Positions 1 through 7,260 of a stretch of 10,034 bases of DNA are shown here, piece by piece. A model generated the notes under the pieces. The model made no database searches. It worked only from the letters and a program-made list of their open reading frames with translations, and had not been told where the DNA came from. The stretch comes from an uncultured bacterium. Its GTDB lineage: Bacteria > Lernaellota > Lernaellaia > Lernaellales > Lernaellaceae. The stretch's first letter is position 1. Every line of letters starts with the position of its first letter. Location: positions 1 to 10,034 of the forward strand of contig CAZHPN010000205.1 in assembly GCA_964534375.1 (NCBI GenBank), written 5' to 3'. The translations under genes were made by a program, and so were the position numbers.

Positions 1-345
1 CGTCGCGGCCATCTTCACGGCAAAAGTAATATTGGCGATCGTCTGCCAGTCCGTGGTGACCGCCAATCCGCTGTCCTCCGAACCCGGCGCAACGAAGCGC
101 GCAATCGACGCAGTGCCGGTGTCCTCGTCCTTGGACATGTTCAGCGACATTTCCGCCGTCGAGATGTACGTGTTCGTGTCGATGGACTGGAGCGAAATCC
201 CCGTGGCCGAATTGTCGTACGTGAAATTGATTTGGAAGCCCCCGATTTGCAGGCCGCTTTCGTTCGTGCGCACGTCCACCAGGATCGACTGCGTCGAACC
301 GGGAGCCCACAAATCGCTCGTGTCCGGATTGAAACGATATTCCAC
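1..345 (-). other. Cohesin-like beta-sandwich domain (partial) within the large CDS
   Basis: Sequence ...PGSTQSILVDVRTNESGLQIGGFQINFTYDNS...GTASIARFV...WQTIANITFAVK matches the recalled cohesin pattern (PG.t..v.V.v / i.g.qf.l.YD / latitF.vk). Pattern recognition only. Confidence 0.6.
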
Positions 346-2988
346 CACTTGACTGGGATCGCGGTCCCCGCGGACGCGCGATTTTAGGGTCGCGACCACC
401 TTTCCGATGACGCTCTCCGCAATTGAAAACGGCTTCGCGAATTCGAAAACGCCGCTGTTGTACTCCGCGTCGAGCGAGATGGTGCGAAACTCGGCGGCAA
501 ACGGCAAATCGCTGGCCGACGCTTGCCGGACTTCCCCTTCGGTCCTCGAGCCGCGCTCGTCTGCCGGCGCGCCGACCAACTCCGCCGGAATCGATTCGCA
601 GTCGCTTTTGCCCCAGTTTTGCAGCAGGAGCCCGAAGTCGAGCAGATCGACGGCGCCGTCGCGATTGAAGTCCGCCGCCGGACCCGCCGTTCCCCATTCG
701 TTGAGCAGGGTTCCGAAATCGAACAGATCTACGGCGCCCTCCTTGTTCGCGTCGCCCGCGGGGATGGTCCAGATTCCGCCGTCGGAGGCGCCTTCCCAGG
801 TCATCGCGCTCGTCCCGCACGCGACGTTGGCCGGTTGGGAGAAATCCACCGGATTGACGCCCGGATTCGTGAGCGCCACCGGGTCGGCGGTCATGATATC
901 CAGGTGATTTGCCTGGCGCACGACCACGTAATAGTCGTTCGACGCGACGCCCGAGCCGGCTAAATCGACGGTGATCGTCCCGTCGTCGGCTACCGGCTGC
1001 GCGAGGAACTCGCCGGCCAAATTCATACCCGCGTCGTAAAGGTCGACCGTGACCACGTCCGTCGCGAAGTCGCCGCCGTTCCAGAAACCGTTGAAGTACG
1101 CGGTGACGCGCATCTCGTCAACGCTGTCGTCATTGTCGTCATTGTCGTCATTGTCGTCGTCGTTGTCGTCGTTGTCGTCGTTGTCGTCATCGTCGGTCGA
1201 GTCGTCATCCATCGCGTCGTCGTCGACGATCACAGAATCATCGTCGTCGTCATTGTCGTCGTTATCGTCGTTGTCGTCGTTGTCGTCGTTGTCGTCGTTG
1301 TCGTCGTTGTCATCGTTGTCGTCATTGTCATCATTATCGTCGTTGTCGTCGTCGTTGTCGTCGTCATCGTCGGGGGCGCTTTGAATGCAGGCCAGCATTC
1401 CCGCGCAATCGGTCGGGTAGGTCTCGGCGCACAGCGCATAGGGGCCATTCAGATCGAACGGCGGCGCCGCGGCGTTGCAACTGGCGAGCGCATCGTTCTC
1501 CGTCAGCGGTTGGCCGAGATCGTCCTGGAGCGTGATTTCGCAATTGCCGTACATGTCGTCGTACACCGCCTGACAGGTCCACGGGCTGGAATCGTCGTCG
1601 GCCGGGGACGAGTCGTCGTCGGCCGGGGACGAGTCATCGTCGGGCGGCGACGAATCGTCGTCCGCGATCATCGTGTCGTCGTCGACGGGCGCGGAATCGT
1701 CGTCCGGCGTGGAATCGTCGTCCGCCGGCGTCGAGTCGTCGTCGGCAAACAGGGTGTCGTCGTCGGCGAAGACCGAGTCGTCGTCGGCAAACAGGGTGTC
1801 GTCGTCAGCGAAGACCGAGTCGTCGTCCGTCAGCGTCGAGTCATCGTCGGCCAACACCGAGTCGTCGTCGATTGCAGCCGAGTCGTCGTCAACGGCGGCG
1901 GAGTCGTTGTCGTCGTTGTCGTCGTTGTCGTCGTTGTCATTGTCGTTATCGTTGTCGTCGTTGTCGTCGTTGTCGTTGTCGTCATTGTCGTCGTCATCGT
2001 CCGGGGTGTTTTGAATGCAGGTCAGCATGCCCGGGCAATCGGCCGGGTAACTTTCGACGCACAACGCGTACGGCCCGTCCAACTCGAACGGTGGAACATC
2101 GGCGTTGCAGTTCGCGACCGCGGTGCTCTCGGGAATCGGATGATTCAGATTGTCGTAAAGCGTGATCTCGCAGACGCCGTACATGTCGTCGTACACCGAC
2201 TGGCACGACCAGGGAGAAGAGTCGTCGTCGGCCGGCGATGAATCGTCGTCCGGCGAGCTGTCGTCATCGGGGAACGTGTCGTCGTCGTCGTCAACGGGGA
2301 CGCTGTCGTCGTCCACTGCGCATGTGTCGTCGTCTACGGCGAACGTGTCGTCGTCTACGGCGAACGTGTCGTCGTCAACGGCGTATGTGTCGTCGTCGAC
2401 CGCGCATGTGTCGTCGTCGACCGCGTATGTGTCGTCGTCGACCGCGTACGTATCGTCGTCCACCGGAATCGTGTCGTCGTCAAACGGCGCGGTGTCGTCG
2501 CCGCCGGGGGAGGTGCACTGCTGGGCGACCGGGTCGCACGTCTGGCCAAGGCCGGCGCAATCGACGCATGTAACGCCGTTGGCGCCGCACGCCTCATCCG
2601 AGGAACCGAACTGGCAGATGCCGCTGTTGTCGACACAACCGTCGCAAACGCAACTGCCGTCGGCGCACTCGTCGCCGACCAGGGTGCAGTCTGCGCACGA
2701 GGCGCCGCCCGACCCGCAGTTGAAGGCGTCTGTGCCGGGCTGGCAATTTTGGTAGTCGTCGACGCAGCCGTCGGTGCAAGCGGGCCCGTCGTCGCCGGTT
2801 TTGGTCCGATTGCGCAGGAGAGCCGGCCTGACGGCCGGCAAGCCGGCCCGCGCGGCGTGCGTGGCGTGCCGCACGGCTTTGATGGGCGCGCCGTCGGCGC
2901 CGAATGGGGTGTTGGGCGCGCAATAGATGGCCAGTAGCGAGAGGCACATCATTGCGATGGCGGCTAATCCGAATACGCGGCTCTTCAT
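1..2988 (-). CDS. Large secreted Asp-rich/Cys-rich repeat protein with dockerin-like and cohesin-like domains (C-terminus truncated by window edge, >996 aa)
   Basis: Translated by hand: ATG at 2988-2986, AAGGAG Shine-Dalgarno at 3000-2995, and no in-frame stop down to base 1. It starts MKSRVFGLAAIAMMCLSLLAIYC (signal-peptide-like) and ends ...TDWQTIANITFAVKMAAT at the edge. The Ser-, Val-, Thr- and Arg-rich ORFs in the track over 1-2988 are shadows of its GAC/AAC repeats. Confidence 0.93.
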   Translation of the reverse strand, partial: MKSRVFGLAAIAMMCLSLLAIYCAPNTPFGADGAPIKAVRHATHAARAGLPAVRPALLRNRTKTGDDGPACTDGCVDDYQNCQPGTDAFNCGSGGASCADCTLVGDECADGSCVCDGCVDNSGICQFGSSDEACGANGVTCVDCAGLGQTCDPVAQQCTSPGGDDTAPFDDDTIPVDDDTYAVDDDTYAVDDDTCAVDDDTYAVDDDTFAVDDDTFAVDDDTCAVDDDSVPVDDDDDTFPDDDSSPDDDSSPADDDSSPWSCQSVYDDMYGVCEITLYDNLNHPIPESTAVANCNADVPPFELDGPYALCVESYPADCPGMLTCIQNTPDDDDDNDDNDNDDNDDNDNDNDNDDNDDNDDNDSAAVDDDSAAIDDDSVLADDDSTLTDDDSVFADDDTLFADDDSVFADDDTLFADDDSTPADDDSTPDDDSAPVDDDTMIADDDSSPPDDDSSPADDDSSPADDDSSPWTCQAVYDDMYGNCEITLQDDLGQPLTENDALASCNAAAPPFDLNGPYALCAETYPTDCAGMLACIQSAPDDDDDNDDDNDDNDDNDDNDDNDDNDDNDDNDDNDDNDDNDDDDDSVIVDDDAMDDDSTDDDDNDDNDDNDDDNDDNDDNDDSVDEMRVTAYFNGFWNGGDFATDVVTVDLYDAGMNLAGEFLAQPVADDGTITVDLAGSGVASNDYYVVVRQANHLDIMTADPVALTNPGVNPVDFSQPANVACGTSAMTWEGASDGGIWTIPAGDANKEGAVDLFDFGTLLNEWGTAGPAADFNRDGAVDLLDFGLLLQNWGKSDCESIPAELVGAPADERGSRTEGEVRQASASDLPFAAEFRTISLDAEYNSGVFEFAKPFSIAESVIGKVVATLKSRVRGDRDPSQVVEYRFNPDTSDLWAPGSTQSILVDVRTNESGLQIGGFQINFTYDNSATGISLQSIDTNTYISTAEMSLNMSKDEDTGTASIARFVAPGSEDSGLAVTTDWQTIANITFAVKMAAT
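610..756 (-). other. Dockerin-like duplicated Ca-binding loop-helix motif within the large CDS
   Basis: GDANKEGAVDLFDFGTLLNEWG (756-691) and DFNRDGAVDLLDFGLLLQNWG (672-610) are two DxNxD/EGxVDxxD loops, each followed by an amphipathic helix, the type-I dockerin signature. Confidence 0.8.
1126..1371 (-). repeat. Asp/Asn low-complexity tracts, mostly (DDN)n 9-bp microsatellite
   Basis: 1237-1371 is 45 consecutive D/N codons and 1126-1194 is 23 consecutive D/N codons, separated by SVIVDDDAMDDDST. The plus strand reads (gtcgtcgtt)n with variants. Confidence 0.95.
1372..1581 (-). repeat. 70-aa six-cysteine domain, copy 2
   Basis: WTCQAVYDDMYGNCEITLQDDLGQPLTENDALASCNAAAPPFDLNGPYALCAETYPTDCAGMLACIQSAP; 46/70 residues identical to copy 1 by manual ungapped alignment, offset exactly 630 bp. 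Confidence 0.93.
1582..1902 (-). repeat. 21-bp tandem array encoding DDD[S/T]xxx heptads (15 DDD units)
   Basis: Inter-DDD spacers read SAAV, SAAI, SVLA, STLT, SVFA, TLFA, SVFA, TLFA, STPA, STP, SAPV, TMIA, SSPP, SSPA, SSPA, SSP(W). Confidence 0.93.
1903..2001 (-). repeat. Asp/Asn tract (33 consecutive D/N codons)
   Basis: Direct translation gives only GAC/GAT/AAC/AAT codons. Confidence 0.95.
2002..2211 (-). repeat. 70-aa six-cysteine domain, copy 1
   Basis: WSCQSVYDDMYGVCEITLYDNLNHPIPESTAVANCNADVPPFELDGPYALCVESYPADCPGMLTCIQNTP; all six Cys conserved in copy 2. Confidence 0.93.
2212..2499 (-). repeat. 21-bp tandem array encoding DDDT[Y/C/F]AV-type heptads
   Basis: Inter-DDD spacers read TAPF, TIPV, TYAV, TYAV, TCAV, TYAV, TFAV, TFAV, TCAV, SVPV, TFP, SSP, SSPA, SSP(W). 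Confidence 0.93.
2515..2778 (-). repeat. Two tandem 8-cysteine repeats
   Basis: CTDGCVDDYQNCQPGTDAFNCGSGGASCADCTLVGDECADGSC (2778-2650) and CDGCVDNSGICQFGSSDEACGANGVTCVDCAGLGQTCDPVAQQC (2646-2515) share the spacing C-x2/3-C-x6-C-x8-C-x6-C-x2-C-x6-C-x4/6-C. Confidence 0.9.
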
Positions 2989-3369
2989 CTCGCTCTCCTT
3001 TTTGGCCCACCCGGGCCGGTCCGGTCATCCAGCGCGTACGGAGATCGAGGCGGCGGCGCAAATAACTCGGGCCGCCGTCGCGGGCGCGTCGATGTCCGAG
3101 AAACCGCGTTCGGTGGTGCAAAGGCGGCGCCAAACGGGCGGCGCGTTTTCGCGAACGTCGCCGACCGCGCAAAAATGCGCGCCGCCAAACGATTTACGGC
3201 GACGCAATGACAAATGAGGCATGTCTTATCAACGTCGACCCGGCGGGGGATTCCGGGCGGCGGCGCCCGTCCGCGGGGAATCGCCGCCCCGCCCGGCCCG
3301 CGCGGCCTCGATTGCGCTGGCGCGCCGATGCCGGTATGTTTGACAGGAGCGCCGCAGGCCGAGAAAAGG

Positions 3370-4470
3370 ATGACCGCCGCGAAAGACCCGATGGACCCGC
3401 TCCAACCCGAATCCGCTGTCTCGTTCGCCGACGCCCTGCGGCGCGCGCTGGCGCAGGAGCGCCCGGCGGAAGACTGGCTGATCCCGCTGCTCGCCTGCGC
3501 CGACGCCGATGCGCCCGCGTTGCTCTCCGCCGCCGATCGCGTGCGCCGCGACATGCTGGGCGACGCCGTGCATCTGCGCGCGCTGATCGAGTTCTCCAAC
3601 ATCTGCCGGCGCAACTGCCGCTACTGCGGGCTGCGGCGCGGCAACGGCGCGCTCGATCGCTACCGCCTGCCGCCGGAACGAATCGTCGAGATCGCGCGGC
3701 TCGCGGCGTCGCTCGGCTATCGCACGCTCGTCATGCAATCCGGCGAAGACCTCTGGTACGACGCCGGACGCCTCGCGGACATCATCCGCGCGATCAAGGC
3801 CGAGACCGACCTGGCGATCACCCTCAGCGTCGGGGAACGCGACCGCGAAACCTACCGGTTATGGCGCGAGGCCGGCGCGGACCGCTGCCTGCTGCGGATC
3901 GAGACGACCGACCCGGGATTATTCGCCGCGCTCCACCCCGACGACAATCTGGCCGAACGAATGGCGTGCCTCGTGGCATTGCGCGATCTCGGCTATCAAC
4001 TCGGCACGGGCGTCATGGTCGGCTTGCCCGGCCAGACTGTCCGGATGCTGGCGCACGATGTGATTTGGATGCACGACCTCGGCGCGGAGATGATCGGCGT
4101 CGGGCCGTTCATTCCGCATCCCAAGACGCCGCTGGCCGCCGCGGCAGGCGGGACCGTGGCGCAAACGCTGCGGCTCGTGGCCGTGCTGCGCCTCGTTTTT
4201 CCGTGGGCGCATCTGCCGGCGACGACGGCGGTCGGCACGCTCGATCCGCAAGGCCGCGAACGCGCGCTCGAAGCGGGGGCGAACGTCGTGATGCCGAACG
4301 TCACGCCGGCCGAATTCCGCCCGCAATACGAGATTTATCCCAATAAGATTTGCACCGGCGAAGAAGCGGCCGAATGCCGCGCCTGTCTGGCCATGCGCTT
4401 GCGGCTGATCGGCCGCGAAATCGCGACGGACCACGGCCATGTCCGCCGCGTCGCCGAGAGAATGAAGTAA
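3370..4470 (+). CDS. hydE: [FeFe]-hydrogenase H-cluster radical SAM maturase HydE-like protein (BioB/HydE/PylB subgroup)
   Basis: RALIEFSNICRRNCRYCGLRRGN carries the CxxxCxxC motif. Other HydE-type motifs: VMQSGED, ITLSVGE, LLRIET, GTGVMVGLPGQT, IGVGPFIPHPKTP, PATTA, AGANVVMPNVTP, YEIYPNK, and a C-terminal Cx7Cx2C (CTGEEAAECRAC) for the auxiliary cluster. Start is uncertain (3370 or 3391); the track's 3214 start adds a Gly/Pro/Arg-rich extension that looks non-coding. Confidence 0.85.
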   Translation: MTAAKDPMDPLQPESAVSFADALRRALAQERPAEDWLIPLLACADADAPALLSAADRVRRDMLGDAVHLRALIEFSNICRRNCRYCGLRRGNGALDRYRLPPERIVEIARLAASLGYRTLVMQSGEDLWYDAGRLADIIRAIKAETDLAITLSVGERDRETYRLWREAGADRCLLRIETTDPGLFAALHPDDNLAERMACLVALRDLGYQLGTGVMVGLPGQTVRMLAHDVIWMHDLGAEMIGVGPFIPHPKTPLAAAAGGTVAQTLRLVAVLRLVFPWAHLPATTAVGTLDPQGRERALEAGANVVMPNVTPAEFRPQYEIYPNKICTGEEAAECRACLAMRLRLIGREIATDHGHVRRVAERMK

Positions 4471-4482
4471 GAAAATGACAAG

Positions 4483-4579
4483 GGCGCAAGCCGCAGCGAC
4501 GCAGCGCGGCCGTTGGCGGCAACGGAGCTATTTGATTTCTTTCTCCGTGCGCTCTGCGCCTCTGCGGTTCAAATCAATT
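4483..4579. repeat. Intergenic REP-like/hairpin element between convergent genes
   Basis: Hairpin ccgttg-gcgg-caacgg (4510-4525), and inverted repeat ttgattt (4532-4538)/aaatcaa (4571-4577) enclosing ctccgtgcgctctgcgcctctgcggtt, which reads (GCAGAG)-type short tandem repeats on the minus strand. Confidence 0.4.
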
Positions 4580-4608
4580 TCGACAACTTATTCCCAATAT
4601 CAGCATCG

Positions 4609-5448
4609 TCAATCGCGCGCGCACCGAAAACCGCCGCCGTAATCGTGATAGAAGGGCGTGGCCCCGGCCCGGTACGACGCGCGCACATTCCAGGAATAAT
4701 CGCACCAGGAACCGCCGCGCAGCACCCGCAGATAGCCCGACTCCGGGCCCTTGGGGTTGTCCGCCAGTTTCGCCGAGTAATACGTCGCATCGTCCCACCA
4801 GTCGGCGCACCACTCCCACGCGTTGCCGAGCATGTCGTACAGCCCGTAGGCGTTCGGCGCTTTCCGCCCGACGGGGTGCGTGCCGCCGCCGGCGTTGCCC
4901 TGGTGCCAGGCGACGGCGTCCAGGTCGCCGTACCGCGCCCGCGCGATGCCGCCGCGCGCCGCGAATTCCCACTCCGCCTCCGTCGGCAGGCGTTTGCCCG
5001 ACCACCGGCAATACGCCGTCGCGTCGTTCCAGGTCGCGCAAACCACGGGCTGGTCGTCGCCCTTGAATGAAGAGCTCAAACTGCCGCCTTGTTTCCAATC
5101 CGAGCCGCGGCGCTGGTAACAGGCGTGCTCGTCGATCGCGGTGCAGCCGCCGGCCGCCACGCATTTCCGGTAGGCCGCGTTGGTCACGTGCGTGGCGTCC
5201 ATCCAGAAAGCGCCGACCCGCGCCTGATGCGGCGGACGTTCGCCGTCTCCGCACTCTTTGTCTCCCGGCGAGCAACCCATGGCGAACGTCCCGCCGGGCA
5301 CGCGGACCATGCCCGCGGGCGCGGCCGCGGCCGGCGCCGTCGGCGCCGCGGCCCGATCGCCCGGCGTCTCGGCGAAGCCGAATTTGTCGGCGGCGCCGAA
5401 CGCCAGCAGCGCCAATGCCACGAGGGTCAGTGTGCAGATCGTTTTCAT
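4609..5448 (-). CDS. Secreted FGE-sulfatase (SUMF1/EgtB/PvdO family, C-type-lectin fold) domain protein; candidate DGR target
   Basis: Family motifs MVRVPGGTFAMG, ERPPH, FWMDATHVTNAAY, QPVVCATWNDATAYCRW, RLPTEAEWEFAARGG, PNAYGLYDMLGNAWEWCADW, RVLRGGSW and GFRCAR. Signal-peptide-like MKTICTLTLVALALLAFGA from ATG 5448 (track uses GTG 5466), then an Ala/Pro linker. It lacks the CxxxxC of catalytic FGE. Confidence 0.9.
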   Translation of the reverse strand: MKTICTLTLVALALLAFGAADKFGFAETPGDRAAAPTAPAAAAPAGMVRVPGGTFAMGCSPGDKECGDGERPPHQARVGAFWMDATHVTNAAYRKCVAAGGCTAIDEHACYQRRGSDWKQGGSLSSSFKGDDQPVVCATWNDATAYCRWSGKRLPTEAEWEFAARGGIARARYGDLDAVAWHQGNAGGGTHPVGRKAPNAYGLYDMLGNAWEWCADWWDDATYYSAKLADNPKGPESGYLRVLRGGSWCDYSWNVRASYRAGATPFYHDYGGGFRCARD

Positions 5449-5712
5449 GGCCGCTTCTTTCGACACCGTCGCCGCCGACGAGGTTCGCGCGCGACCTTAC
5501 ACCGGCGGCGTTGTGCGTTCAAGAAGCCCGCCGAAGGTCTCTCTCGAATGCGGCGCCGACTATTATAATACACTAATTTGATGTAGTTTTATCGCAAACG
5601 TGCACTGATCAGGCGAGGACGAAGGTCTAATGTAAATAGTTGAAAAATAAGCAATAATACATGAATTGCAGGAGGCCGCGATGAAACGCTATCTTTTCGG
5701 CACAATTCTTAG

Positions 5713-5741
5713 TTGCATTTACTACAAAGATGGTGTAGTAT
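5713..5741 (+). promoter_or_regulatory. Putative sigma70 promoter with overlapping inverted-repeat operator
   Basis: TTGCAT (5713-5718), 17-nt spacer, TAGTAT (5736-5741). A perfect inverted repeat TACTACA-N7-TGTAGTA (5720-5740) overlaps it. The site lies in a markedly AT-rich intergenic island upstream of metY. Confidence 0.45.
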
Positions 5742-5748
5742 TATGAGC

Positions 5749-5853
5749 ATGAACCGTTGCTTGACGCGATACGAAAACCATTCTGCACTTCGAGGCCCCA
5801 TGCGCCCATGCACCTGTACCTTGCCGGCGGTGTGCGAGGACAGGATGCAATAG
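5749..5853 (+). CDS. Putative Cys/Met-rich leader peptide (uORF) of the metY operon
   Basis: MNRCLTRYENHSALRGPMRPCTCTLPAVCEDRMQ* has 4 Cys and 3 Met in 34 aa. In-frame alternative ATGs at 5743 and 5800 (GAGG at 5792-5795). The stop codon lies in the loop of a long hairpin (5823-5878). Confidence 0.35.
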   Translation: MNRCLTRYENHSALRGPMRPCTCTLPAVCEDRMQ

Positions 5854-7251
<1,398 letters not shown>

Positions 7252-7260
7252 GAGACCCTC

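Noticed and set aside
1372..2211. The two 210-bp copies as a DGR template/variable repeat pair
   Set aside because: Both copies are in-frame in one gene, and the differences are not restricted to adenines and include many synonymous changes; this is an ordinary domain duplication.
1582..2499. 21-bp periodic repeats as a CRISPR array
   Set aside because: The units are in-frame coding heptads with no constant 23-47 bp repeat plus unique spacers, and no cas genes are present.
2920..2988. Lipoprotein signal (lipobox) in the large exoprotein
   Set aside because: LAIYC is non-canonical (Tyr at -1), so the signal peptide type is left unassigned.
32..3217. Many Ser-, Val-, Thr- and Arg-rich ORFs in the track (e.g. 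1049-1384, 1381-2241, 2162-2755, 2594-3172)
   Set aside because: They are antisense or out-of-frame shadows of the Asp-rich minus-strand gene (GAC repeats read as GTC/TCG/ACG/CGA).
3340..3345. Perfect TTGACA upstream of hydE
   Set aside because: No -10 hexamer at 16-18 nt spacing (GAAAAG at 17 nt).
3370..4470. Biotin synthase BioB or pyrrolysine synthase PylB
   Set aside because: The motifs (IEFSNxCRRNCxYCGLR, YxxYPNK, Cx7Cx2C) fit HydE better, and there are no bio or pyl neighbours.
4609..5448. Catalytic formylglycine-generating enzyme
   Set aside because: It lacks the CxxxxC active-site pair after RGGS (reads RGGSWCDYSWN), and no sulfatase is in the window.
5561..5660. Palindrome TATTATAATA (5561-5570) and IscR-like half-site ATAGTTGA (5636-5643)
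   Set aside because: TATAAT reads on both strands but I found no properly spaced -35, and the IscR-like site has no second half. Both are too weak to call in an AT-rich island.
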